64,000 nucleotides of DNA from Candidatus Acidiferrum sp. (GCA_035566435.1 DATMRF010000117.1:127052-191051); one strand, 5' to 3'; positions 6,460-14,883 are shown, counted from the stretch's first letter. Numbers and translations are program-made. The notes: generated by a model from the letters alone, not told the origin.

Positions 6460-8201
6460 ATGTGAAAATTATCCTGCCGACTCGAACAATAACGCGAGCC
6501 GGGAGCGCCTTGATGCTGACGATGGTCATGGCCGGCGTTGCGCTGATCACCGTGGCGGGCGTCATGGCATACACGGGCAGCACCGCGCGGCTTAACTATC
6601 GTTTGAGCCAGTATAACCGCTCGGTGGCCGCGGCCGAAGCAACGACCGAGAAGGTCGTGACGGAAGTGTCGCAGGACTATCTCAACGGCGGCCAGGCGTT
6701 GGTCAACTCCAAGCTGGCGACGTATCGCCAAACGGTTCTGACCGCGTCGGACTCCTCCTATTGGGCGGACTGGGAATTCAACGACGCCTGCGGCCACGCC
6801 GGCCAGACTTTCGTGGGCCCCGGGTCCGGGACGAACTACGTCGTGCTGAATTCGCCTTATGCGGGCCTGCAGGGCTACGCTTCCACTTACACGGTGGTTT
6901 CGAACGCCCGCCAGACCGACGCTCCCCAAAACGTGGTCGGCGGAGTGCTCCAGCAACTGCAGTTGGCTTGCGTTCCGATCTTCCAATTCGCGATGTACTC
7001 GTCCGGCGACATGGAAATCAGTTGCGGCCAGCCGTTTACGATCACCGGCAGGGTCCATTCCAACGGCCAGCTTTACGTCGAGCCCGATAACGCGATGACC
7101 TTTGAATCGGACGTCACCGCGGTGGGGTCGGTGTTGTTTCAGCGGAGTCCCCTCGACAGCCGTGGCGCCCCCTCCGGTACGGTCGTGTACCAGGGTCGAA
7201 AAGACTCGCACGTCGCGGCATTGACTCTGCCGATTGGCGCCAGCAATAGCCCGACGGCGATCCGGGAAATCATCGAACCACCGCCGCCGTCCGAACTTGC
7301 AAGTTCGCCGCTGGGCCGGCAGCGGTATTACAACCTCGCGGATATGGTCCTGGTAGTCACTAACCTCGGAACGAACACCGGCATCGTTGGCACCAGCGGA
7401 CTTTTTGACTCTTTCGGGACGCCTGTCCCCACCAACGAGGTGAACCTGTTCGTCTCGATGCAAAACAGTTTCTGGGACGCGCGCGAAAGCAAGACGGTGC
7501 TGCCGATCGATCTCAACATCGGCGCCTTGAAAGCCTGGAGCGCGACCAACTCGAGCCTGCGCACGGCCCTTGGAACGAGAGATGTTGCCTCGGTTTATGT
7601 CTGGGACCGCCGCACGCTGGCTGGCACCAACCTCAGCGCTGTGCGCGTGGTTAACGCTCAACAACTGCCCCCACTCGGTCTTACCGTCGCCTCGGCGAGC
7701 CCCCTTTATGTGCTTGGGAATTTCAACGCGCCGAACCCCGGGACCAATAACACTTCCGGGACCCAGCCGGCCTCGCTGGTGGGGGATGCCGTCACTATTC
7801 TGTCCGGCAACTGGTCTGACGCGAACAGCCACAATGCCTTATCCGCGCGCAATGCCACGCCGACCACCGTCAATGCCGCCTTCCTGGCGGGCGCAGTGGA
7901 TACGACCGGCGGCGCGTATGGCGGCGGGATGGAAAACTTCCCCCGCTTCCTCGAAACCTGGGGCTCGGCCAATGCCTTCACGTACAATGGTTCAATGGTG
8001 AAAATGTTTCCCAGCCTTTACGCCACCAATACCTGGGGCCAGGCAAACATTTACAGCCCACCAACTCGGAATTGGGCTTACGACCTCAATTTCAATAATC
8101 CAGCCAAACTGCCACCTTTGACCCCCGGCCTGCTGAAGGTCTTTCGCGCTCTTTGGGCCACCACAGCCCCCAACCAAACGAATGCCCCGGCCAGCTTCTG
8201 A
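6456..8201 (+). CDS. Large PilX-like pilus assembly protein (581 aa)
   Basis: Table ORF. N-terminus GSALMLTMVMAGVALITVAGVMAYTGSTARLNYRLSQYNRSVAAAEATTEKVVTEV, matching the PilX_N pattern. The rest is long and Ser/Thr/Asn/Gly-rich. There is an ATGA overlap with the upstream pseudopilin gene. Confidence 0.6.
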   Translation: MNVKIILPTRTITRAGSALMLTMVMAGVALITVAGVMAYTGSTARLNYRLSQYNRSVAAAEATTEKVVTEVSQDYLNGGQALVNSKLATYRQTVLTASDSSYWADWEFNDACGHAGQTFVGPGSGTNYVVLNSPYAGLQGYASTYTVVSNARQTDAPQNVVGGVLQQLQLACVPIFQFAMYSSGDMEISCGQPFTITGRVHSNGQLYVEPDNAMTFESDVTAVGSVLFQRSPLDSRGAPSGTVVYQGRKDSHVAALTLPIGASNSPTAIREIIEPPPPSELASSPLGRQRYYNLADMVLVVTNLGTNTGIVGTSGLFDSFGTPVPTNEVNLFVSMQNSFWDARESKTVLPIDLNIGALKAWSATNSSLRTALGTRDVASVYVWDRRTLAGTNLSAVRVVNAQQLPPLGLTVASASPLYVLGNFNAPNPGTNNTSGTQPASLVGDAVTILSGNWSDANSHNALSARNATPTTVNAAFLAGAVDTTGGAYGGGMENFPRFLETWGSANAFTYNGSMVKMFPSLYATNTWGQANIYSPPTRNWAYDLNFNNPAKLPPLTPGLLKVFRALWATTAPNQTNAPASF

Positions 8202-8203
8202 TT

Positions 8204-9658
8204 ATGTCTAGGCTCAGCGACTCCAAGCCCAATCCTTGGCATGGCGCTACGGAAGTCTTTCATCGCAAGCTTATCGCGCTGTGGTTGAGCCCGGCCCTCC
8301 GGGTCGGGCTTGTCGTGTTCAGCTTGGGGTTTTGGTGTGCTCGGCCGGTTTACGCCGCTGAAACGAATTCCTCCGGCCTGGAGATGCCGTTGATTACCGG
8401 GAATGACCTTGAAAGGGAATGGCTCCTCCAACATGCCAGGGAGACCCAGGAAGGCTACCGTGTCCGGGTGAAACTCACCGCCGACGCCGTCGCTGGAAAC
8501 GCTCCCGCTGTCGCTTTTGCCAAGGGCTCGACTCGGCCTCCAACCTTCGCGCCCGGCGGCCTGAGCCGAGATCTTTGGTTGGTGGCGATCCTTGGCATCG
8601 TCGTGCTCCTCGCCATCCGACGCCTTGCGCCCGAGCTCATGCAATCCGTTTCCTCACCCGCCAACCCCTCGGCGCTGGCGCCTTGGGCGCCTGCAGCTTC
8701 ATCGCCCCAGGATCGGGCCGAGCAGAAGGCCTTTGCAGAGTTTCTGGTCGCTTTCAAAGCCGGCCCGAAAGCGAGCACGCATACCGCACCACTTGTTGAC
8801 CCTTTCCCGGCTCCCCAGGTTTCAGCTGGCGCAGGTGGGGAGCTTCCTAAAACGCCGCCTGACCCGCTTAAAGATTTCTTTGCCCTCGCGCCGGCACACC
8901 TCCTGGCCGCGCGGAACGTTCTTCAGGAAATCGGACGCGGGCCCGAAATGGTGGCCCGGCAGAAGCTCCTGGGGGATCTCTGCGGCGAGGTTCGTATTTT
9001 GAAAGGGATGGCGGGTCTTCCCGAGTTGATCCCCGCGTGGCAACTGGCTGCCTGCCTGGAGTCGCTGCTTAAACAGCTGATCGCCCAACCCGGCAGGGTG
9101 ACCCCCTCCACGCTCAGGACGGTCGCCACGGGTGCGGATGTGCTCTGGGAGGTGTGCCAGCCTGGGCTCAAAGCGGATTTCTTTACCAACCCTCCTCTGC
9201 GGTTCCTGGCAGTGGATGACGACCCGATCAGTCGCCACGCGGTAGCTTTCTCCTTGAAAAAGGCGTTCACCCTGCCCGATGTCGCTGCGAGCGGCGAGGC
9301 GGCGCTGGCCCTGGCCTCGGAGCATGCCTACGACGCTATTTTTCTGGACGTGTTGATGCCCGGCATGGACGGCTTCGAACTTTGCTCCAAGATTCACCAA
9401 ACCCCCCTCAACCGCACCTCGCCCGTGGTGTTCATCACTTGTTTAACCGACTTTGAAGCACGTGCTAAATCCAGTCTCTCCGGTGGCACTGATCTCCTCG
9501 GCAAGCCGTTTCTGACCTTCGAGATTACCCTTAAAGCGCTCACGTTGACTATGCGCGCCCGGCTCCAAGCCCGCGGCGAGGCTGCCACCCCTGCCGGCGA
9601 AGGCAAGGCCCTCACACCGGTCCATTCTGCCAAGGCGAGCGAGGAAATTCCGGCCTGA
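8204..9658 (+). CDS. Membrane-anchored response-regulator receiver (REC) protein with an N-terminal transmembrane/helical region (possible degenerate Hpt-like segment)
   Basis: Table ORF 8153..9658, trimmed to the ATG at 8204, which lies immediately after the PilX-like stop. The C-terminal REC domain carries all hallmark residues: DDD, FLDVLMPGMDG, T (ITC) and K (GKPF). The mid-region ...LLGDLCGEVRILKGMAGLPEL resembles an Hpt helix, but the canonical HxxKG histidine is absent. Hydrophobic segments at LIALWLSPALRVGLVVFSLGF and LWLVAILGIVVLLAI. Confidence 0.6.
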   Translation: MSRLSDSKPNPWHGATEVFHRKLIALWLSPALRVGLVVFSLGFWCARPVYAAETNSSGLEMPLITGNDLEREWLLQHARETQEGYRVRVKLTADAVAGNAPAVAFAKGSTRPPTFAPGGLSRDLWLVAILGIVVLLAIRRLAPELMQSVSSPANPSALAPWAPAASSPQDRAEQKAFAEFLVAFKAGPKASTHTAPLVDPFPAPQVSAGAGGELPKTPPDPLKDFFALAPAHLLAARNVLQEIGRGPEMVARQKLLGDLCGEVRILKGMAGLPELIPAWQLAACLESLLKQLIAQPGRVTPSTLRTVATGADVLWEVCQPGLKADFFTNPPLRFLAVDDDPISRHAVAFSLKKAFTLPDVAASGEAALALASEHAYDAIFLDVLMPGMDGFELCSKIHQTPLNRTSPVVFITCLTDFEARAKSSLSGGTDLLGKPFLTFEITLKALTLTMRARLQARGEAATPAGEGKALTPVHSAKASEEIPA

Positions 9659-9843
9659 GCGAAACCGGACGTCCGCCGATGTGCCGACGATTTGTCCAAT
9701 TTTAGGCCACCCCCACGCGGCTGTGCATTTCGCCAAGCCGCTAGGGAGCGCTGTCGCAGCGCGCTGCACTGCTGGAAAGGCGACCGGCGTGCTGAAACAG
9801 CGTGGCCTACCATGGGGAGATCGCTCTCAATGCATGTCGTACG

Positions 9844-9866
9844 GGGACGTGGCCGTCCCCGCCCCG
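9844..9866. repeat. REP-like palindromic element, copy 2 of 3
   Basis: cggggacgtggccgtccccgccccgggttg. Intergenic, between the REC-hybrid gene and the cheY-like gene. Confidence 0.7.
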
Positions 9867-10037
9867 GGTTGGGTGACAAACGGGCTCGACGCAAAGTGCT
9901 CACAAATCGTTAGATTGGCCGCAAACCTGCTCGCTATCGCTCGCCTGCCCGCCCATGTGATTGCGCGCCGGCTGCTATGCCGTCATTTGACTAAGACACC
10001 GGCGCGCTAAACACCCGCGCCTCGCGAACAAGATGGG

Positions 10038-10448
10038 ATGAATCGGAAAAAAATATTGGTCGTGGATGATGACGCGGTCATCCTGAAGATACTTTCGATG
10101 AAGTTAAGGGGTGCCGGCTACGAAGTCCTGATGGCTGAGGATGGCGGTGCGGCGGTGGGCGCCGCCCGTAGGGAGAAGCCAGACGTCATATTGCTCGACA
10201 TTACTTTTCCGCCCGACATCGCAGGCGGCCCACCCTGGGACGGGTTTCTCATCCTGGCCTGGCTGCGCCGGTTGGAGGAGGCGAAGAATACGCCGGTGAT
10301 TATGATCAGCGGAGATGATTCTGCGGTGGCACAAAAAAGGGCATGGGCAGCCGGCGCGTTCGATTTCTGTCCCAAACCGCTCGATTGCCCAATGATTATT
10401 GAAGCGATCGAACGCGCGATTGGGCCGGCTATTCCAAAAGCCGCGTAG
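10038..10448 (+). CDS. Stand-alone CheY-like response regulator (REC only) with an atypical loop insertion
   Basis: Table ORF. KILVVDDDAVILK...VILLDITFPPDIAGGPPWDGF...IMISGDD...PKP. DD, the phospho-Asp, Ser/Thr and Lys are all present, but the usual MPxxDG loop is replaced by TFPPDIAGGPPWDG. Confidence 0.7.
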   Translation: MNRKKILVVDDDAVILKILSMKLRGAGYEVLMAEDGGAAVGAARREKPDVILLDITFPPDIAGGPPWDGFLILAWLRRLEEAKNTPVIMISGDDSAVAQKRAWAAGAFDFCPKPLDCPMIIEAIERAIGPAIPKAA

Positions 10449-10467
10449 CCATATCTATTCAGGGGAG

Positions 10468-10505
10468 ACCGTTAACGCAAAGACGCAAAGGAGCAAAGCC
10501 GCAAA
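10468..10505. repeat. Solo copy of the (NCGCAAAG)n element TTAACGCAAAGACGCAAAGGAGCAAAGCCGCAAAGG
   Basis: It matches the left arm of the element at 16461-16635 and lies directly downstream of the cheY-like gene. Confidence 0.65.
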
Positions 10506-10509
10506 GGGG

Positions 10510-11649
10510 TTAGTGTGACGAAGCTCCGGCGAGGCTTTCATCATAGTGAATGCCCGCTGACCCGCTGAGGATAATTGTATCGGCCATGAACGCGCCACAT
10601 GCGTCGGCAGTGCCGCTAAAGGTAACGGCGGCCTCGGGCGCGTCCACCACACCGTAGAGCGTGGAGGTTCCGCTCAAAGTCATCCTGGTGCAGGTTGGGA
10701 GCCCGAAGATGAAGCAATTAGCTGCGCGCTGGCTGTCATTGATAATGCCCCGGCCGGAGACCGTGAGACTTCCCGCAACGAAAATCTGCAGGCTTGCTCC
10801 GGGTGCGATATAGACAAAACCGTTGCCGCTGGTGGCGAAGTCGCCGGTGACGTACAGGACAGCATTTCCCGTGACGGCCATGGCGTCTGCACCGGAAAGT
10901 TGGACGGCAGGCAGCTCGTAATTGCCGGAGCCGAGGACAAAGGTGTAATTCTGCCCGGCGAAGCTTCCGTCAGCAGGGAGGGAAGCCCCAGAGGTGAAGG
11001 GGACCTGGATGTCTTGAAATGAAAGGCCGGCGTCAGTGGTGGCATGTCCAGGTTGAATGCCGAATTGGCTGGCATTCCAAGCAAGGTCGCCGACCCCTCC
11101 CTTGCCGCAGATGATGGTGCCTCCGGCCCCGGTCGCCGCCATTCCGTAGATGTGGGCGGTACGGAGAGTGATGGCGCCCGCGGCTTGGGAGGCCGTCTGC
11201 GCGAGGGCGTGGTCGCGGCGTTTGGCCGGGTCGTAAAGTCCGCCCGTGCTAAGGGCCGGATCGCTGGAGTCAAAGCTATCGAGATAAGCGCCACCGTTGA
11301 AACGAATCTGGTTCCTGGCCATCAATCCGCCGGAAGCGTTGAACTGCGCGAGCCTGAAAAAGCGGCTGGTCTCACCTTGCGCGCAGGGACGTGAGCAAGA
11401 AAAAAAGCCGCGGGCGTCGGGGATCGCCGTGGTAACGGTTGACCAGACCGGGGCCTGAATATCGGTTGCAGTTTGCAGCAGGAACGGTTGCGCCGGCGCG
11501 CCGGCGCAATCAAGGCGGACCATTTGGTCAGCCGGCCGGCTGATGGAAAGAAGCGGCTGATTTTGCTGATTGCTGGCGAGAGCATCGCCCAACGAGCCCA
11601 GACTGAGGCTGGAGCACACCAAAGCTGCCAAGAAATTCCTTCTCATCAT
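10510..11649 (-). CDS. Secreted protein with an N-terminal FYR-motif beta-sandwich domain and a C-terminal domain homologous to the PilX-like protein 2392..3606
   Basis: Table ORF 10510..11709, trimmed to MMRRNFLAALVCSSLSLGSLGDALA, a Sec signal peptide. An AAGGAA ribosome-binding site lies upstream of the ATG at 11649. The N-terminal domain ends ...GETSRFFRLAQF. The C-terminal ...ANCFIFGLPTCTRMTLSGTSTLYGVVDAPEAAVTFSG...IHYDESL aligns with ...QNFFYFGLPGVTSITYAGTSSFVGCIYAPEADLTLNG...HYDFHFDEAL of the PilX-like protein. Confidence 0.6.
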   Translation of the reverse strand: MMRRNFLAALVCSSLSLGSLGDALASNQQNQPLLSISRPADQMVRLDCAGAPAQPFLLQTATDIQAPVWSTVTTAIPDARGFFSCSRPCAQGETSRFFRLAQFNASGGLMARNQIRFNGGAYLDSFDSSDPALSTGGLYDPAKRRDHALAQTASQAAGAITLRTAHIYGMAATGAGGTIICGKGGVGDLAWNASQFGIQPGHATTDAGLSFQDIQVPFTSGASLPADGSFAGQNYTFVLGSGNYELPAVQLSGADAMAVTGNAVLYVTGDFATSGNGFVYIAPGASLQIFVAGSLTVSGRGIINDSQRAANCFIFGLPTCTRMTLSGTSTLYGVVDAPEAAVTFSGTADACGAFMADTIILSGSAGIHYDESLAGASSH

Positions 11650-11811
11650 ACGTCGTTCCTTTTCATTACTGTCATGGCTCAACTTTAGGGCGCGACGGGT
11701 TTTCAACAATCGGGGCCGGGCCGGATCATGGTCCCGGGATGAGGAAGGAATGGCGCCCGGGGGAATCCCGGGTTAACACGAACGGGTAAAGGAACGGAGA
11801 GGTGGAGGGAG

Positions 11812-11880
11812 GGGGTGGTGGAGTGATGGATTAGTGGATTAGTGGATTGGTGGGGCCGGATCGATTACGAGAACGAGGAC
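11812..11880. repeat. Microsatellites: (GTGGATTAG) x 3 followed by (GAGGAC/G) x 5
   Basis: gatggattagtggattagtggattggtgg ... gaggacgaggacgaggacgaggacgaggg, located upstream of tRNA-Leu. Confidence 0.75.
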
Positions 11881-12003
11881 GAGGACGAGGACGAGGGTGA
11901 AAACGCTTGGAGTGATGGAGGGACGAGTTACCGCCGGCCAAAGGCGCTTGCGCCGGGCGGCGGGCGTTTGTATGTTGCGGGCGCATCACCTGGTTCGCCG
12001 GGC

Positions 12004-12090
12004 GCCGATGTGGCGGAATTGGCAGACGCGCTAGACTCAAAATCTGGTACTCGTAAGAGTGTGTGGGTTCGACCCCCTCCATCGGCACCA
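12004..12090 (+). tRNA. tRNA-Leu (anticodon CAA)
   Basis: GCCGATG acceptor stem pairing with CATCGGC, then ACCA. D-arm TGGCGGAATTGGCAGACGCG is close to bacterial tRNA-Leu. Anticodon loop CTCAAAA. The long variable arm TACTCGTAAGAGTGT marks it as a class II tRNA. T-arm GGGTTCGACCCC. Confidence 0.85.
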
Positions 12091-12207
12091 ACCAAAAACC
12101 CGAATGGGTCTAAATTCTGCAAAGGCCGCTGAATTTGAATCTGAAAACGAATCTGGCTGGTTGCCGCTACCTTGAATCCCGATGGAATTTACTCCATACT
12201 GGCGCGG

Positions 12208-13296
12208 ATGAATGCCAAACAAAGTTATCCCCTCGGCGAGCGCTTGCTGCTTGGTGCAACATTGATGGGAGCGTTGTCCTGTTCAATCGCGGCGCAGGGC
12301 CAAGCTGATACGGCCAAACCGGGCTCGCAGGAGTCCATTCCCGTCCTGCCGCTGGAACAATCGGCGAGTCGCGGCATTACCACTCGGGATCCTTCCAGCA
12401 TTGTGAAATGCAAAGATGAATACTGGGTATTCTACACGGGCCGGGGCGTGCCTTCGTATCGTTCCGGGGACCTGGTGAAATGGGAACGCGGGCCGGCGGT
12501 ATTCAAAGCTGCACCGGAATGGATTGCCAAGATCGTTCCACAAAACCGCAACATGCAATGTTGGGCTCCCGACATCATCAAGCTGGGTGACCGGTATCTC
12601 CTTTATTATTCAGTTTCGTCGATGGGGAAAATGACCTCGGCCATCGGCCTCGCAACCAATCCCACTTTGGACCCGGACGATCCGGCCTGTCATTGGACCG
12701 ATCAAGGGTTCGTGGTGCGGACGCAGGACGGCGACGGTTACAATGCCATTGACCCGTCCGTGTTTCACGACCGCGATGGAAGCCTGTGGTTGACGTTCGG
12801 CTCTTATTGGTCCGGCATCAAACTGATTCAGCTGGATCCGCAGACCGGCAAACGAATGGCCCCAGATTCGAAGCTGTTTTCTATCGCTTACAATGAGTCA
12901 ATCGAAGCTTCGTATTTGTGCCGGCATGGCGACGATTACTATCTGTTTGTGAACTGGGGTAGCTGTTGTCGGGGCCCGAAGAGCACCTACAATATTCGCA
13001 TCGGGCGGAGCAAATCCGTCACTGGACCATATCTGGACAAGGCCGGTGTGGACATGCTGCACAGCGGCGGCAGTCTGTTTCTGGCGACGACCAACGGTCC
13101 ATTGATCGGCCCGGGACATGCCGGGACTTTGAACGCGCAGGGAAAGGATTGGTTCACGTCGGACTTCGAGGGTGACCTTCGGATGGATGGAAAAGCCACC
13201 CTGGCAATAATGCCGCTGCGTTGGAATGCGGACGGCTGGCCTGAGGCGACGGTGAATGATGTGAAGGGTGTTCGGTCCCCTCAACACATGCGTTAA
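12208..13296 (+). CDS. Glycoside hydrolase family 43 (endo-arabinanase-like)
   Basis: Table ORF 12172..13296, trimmed to the Met at 12208, giving a signal-like N-terminus. GH43 hallmarks: RDPS..WVFYTG, WAPDI, GDRYLLYYS, AIDPSVF, WGSCCRG. The last ~140 bp overlap the convergent AbrB-like ORF. Confidence 0.75.
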   Translation: MNAKQSYPLGERLLLGATLMGALSCSIAAQGQADTAKPGSQESIPVLPLEQSASRGITTRDPSSIVKCKDEYWVFYTGRGVPSYRSGDLVKWERGPAVFKAAPEWIAKIVPQNRNMQCWAPDIIKLGDRYLLYYSVSSMGKMTSAIGLATNPTLDPDDPACHWTDQGFVVRTQDGDGYNAIDPSVFHDRDGSLWLTFGSYWSGIKLIQLDPQTGKRMAPDSKLFSIAYNESIEASYLCRHGDDYYLFVNWGSCCRGPKSTYNIRIGRSKSVTGPYLDKAGVDMLHSGGSLFLATTNGPLIGPGHAGTLNAQGKDWFTSDFEGDLRMDGKATLAIMPLRWNADGWPEATVNDVKGVRSPQHMR

Positions 13297-13519
13297 AGAT
13301 TGCCTCGTGCTCTTTGTCCCGTTCGGGCGTCATATACTTGAGCAGGCTGCCGCGGGGGAACTGCTGTTTGTGCTCAGCCCTCACAGGAATGAGCATTACG
13401 CTGCCGTCCGGGTTTGGTTCGACGGAAAAAACCTGGCCGGGTTGGGCCGTAGGGAGCCGAACCCGCTTTTTGTCATCGACAGTTGCCGTTGTCACGTTGG
13501 GAATTTCCCACCCGCGCAC
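13154..13519 (-). CDS. AbrB/MazE/SpoVT-family swapped-hairpin DNA-binding (antitoxin-like) protein, orphan; 3' end uncertain
   Basis: Table ORF. The N-terminal ...VTTATVDDKKRVRLPTAQPGQVFSVEPNPDGSVMLIPV fits the AbrB/MazE fold pattern. The C-terminal ~45 aa lie antisense to the GH43 3' end and look junk-like, so the real protein may be shorter. No adjacent toxin ORF was found. Confidence 0.35.
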   Translation of the reverse strand: MRGWEIPNVTTATVDDKKRVRLPTAQPGQVFSVEPNPDGSVMLIPVRAEHKQQFPRGSLLKYMTPERDKEHEAIFNACVEGTEHPSHHSPSPQASRPHSNAAALLPGWLFHPSEGHPRSPT

Positions 13520-13801
13520 CTCTTGTTCAAGCGTTTTCGGCGGTCCTTAAGCGTTGTTCTCCGATTTGAAAACAGAGCGCAACCATGCTATGGAAAGGAG
13601 TCGGAAACCCGGAGATTAGACTCATGAACTTTAGCGTGCTTGCGAGTGAAGCCGAACACGCGAAGGGCCGGTCTCGGACAAAGCGGGACACCCGGCTGCC
13701 GGTGTTGGAAAAAACAACGGATGATGTCCTGAACGCGGGGGCTCGTTCGTCTTAAGATTGAACGAACGGTATAACTAATAATCTACAAAAGAAAGGCACA
13801 T

Positions 13802-14215
13802 ATGAATACACAGACCAAACCTTCCGAATACATGCTCCTGTTCCGCGGTAACGACTGGCACAAAGGGCTTTCGCCCGAAGAAATGCAAAAGGTCGCGGAC
13901 AATTGGATGGCCTGGTTCAAAGGCTTGACCGAGCAAGGCAAGGCCGTGGCGGGCAACCCGCTGGAACGCGAGGGAAGGATCGTTTCAGGGAAAAACGGAC
14001 GAGTGGTCGCCGACGGCCCGTTTGCGGAATCCAAAGAAGCGATCGGGGGTTACTTCCTGCTCCGTGTAGACAGCCTCAACGAGGCGGTGGCCATCGCCAA
14101 AGGGTGTCCGGGTCTGCAGTATGGCTCGGTGGTGGAAGTCCGGCCGGTTGCGGCGGAATGTCCGCTGGCGGCGGAACTCCGCTCGGAAGGCCAGCTCGCG
14201 AACGCGGCCGCGTAA
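13802..14215 (+). CDS. YciI-like (YCII-related) domain protein
   Basis: Table ORF of 137 aa. ...DGPFAESKEAIGGYFLLRVDSLNEAVAIAKGCP is the YCII signature. Confidence 0.7.
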   Translation: MNTQTKPSEYMLLFRGNDWHKGLSPEEMQKVADNWMAWFKGLTEQGKAVAGNPLEREGRIVSGKNGRVVADGPFAESKEAIGGYFLLRVDSLNEAVAIAKGCPGLQYGSVVEVRPVAAECPLAAELRSEGQLANAAA

Positions 14216-14319
14216 GGTTTTGGAAAGGTCAGCGAACGTCGGGGGACGGTTCGCCGGTGCTGAACGCCGCGCGCCGTTCCCGGCGCAGGCCAACTGCAAT
14301 TGCAAGCAGACTCAAAATC

Positions 14320-14871
14320 ATGAAACCAACCAGCGAACAGACCCTGGACCGCCCGGCGGCACAGCCGGCGAAGGCTCGCCCGCAGCAGCCGTTTGTGATC
14401 AGCCGCGTGCTGGAAGCGCCCCGCAGCCTCGTTTGGCATGCTTGGACGGAGCGCGAGCACATGCAGTGGTGGGGCCCAAAGGGCGTGACCATCCATCACG
14501 CGAAACTCGAGCTCCGGCCTGGAGGGACGTTCCATTATTGCATGCGAACACCGGATGGCCGCGACATGTGGGGCAAGTGGGTCATCCGTGAAGTTGCGAA
14601 GCCCGAGCGGCTGGTGTTCGTCAATTCCTTCTCGGACGAAGCAGGCGGCTTGACCCGGCATCCGATGAGCCCCACCTGGCCTCTGGAAACTCTTTCGACG
14701 GTCACCTTTGCCGAGGAGGGAGGCAAGACACGGCTGACCATACAGTGGCTGCCGTTGAATCCAACCGAAGCGGAGCGGCAGACCTTCGACCAGGGCCATG
14801 AATCCATGCAGAAAGGCTGGACGGGAACGCTGGACCAACTGACTGATTACCTGGCGCAGGTCAAAAAGTAG
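14320..14871 (+). CDS. SRPBCC-superfamily (Aha1/AHSA1-like) domain protein
   Basis: The internal Met at 14320 of table ORF 13903..14871 gives a 183-aa protein: ISRVLEAPRSLVWHAWTEREHMQWWGPKG...PGGTFHYCMRTPDG..WGKWVIREV. The upstream part of the long ORF is Arg/Gly junk. Confidence 0.65.
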   Translation: MKPTSEQTLDRPAAQPAKARPQQPFVISRVLEAPRSLVWHAWTEREHMQWWGPKGVTIHHAKLELRPGGTFHYCMRTPDGRDMWGKWVIREVAKPERLVFVNSFSDEAGGLTRHPMSPTWPLETLSTVTFAEEGGKTRLTIQWLPLNPTEAERQTFDQGHESMQKGWTGTLDQLTDYLAQVKK

Positions 14872-14883
14872 GAAGAGGGGAGT

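Noticed and set aside
8700-9100. Calling the helical segment of the REC hybrid a bona fide Hpt domain
   Set aside because: The KG-containing helix is present (VRILKGMAG), but the phospho-accepting His three residues before the Lys is replaced (R-I-L-K-G). It is left as a degenerate or uncertain Hpt-like region.
13903-14319. Upstream 139 codons of the long ORF containing the SRPBCC gene
   Set aside because: Arg/Gly-rich out-of-frame overlap with the yciI gene. The SRPBCC domain begins at the internal Met at 14320.
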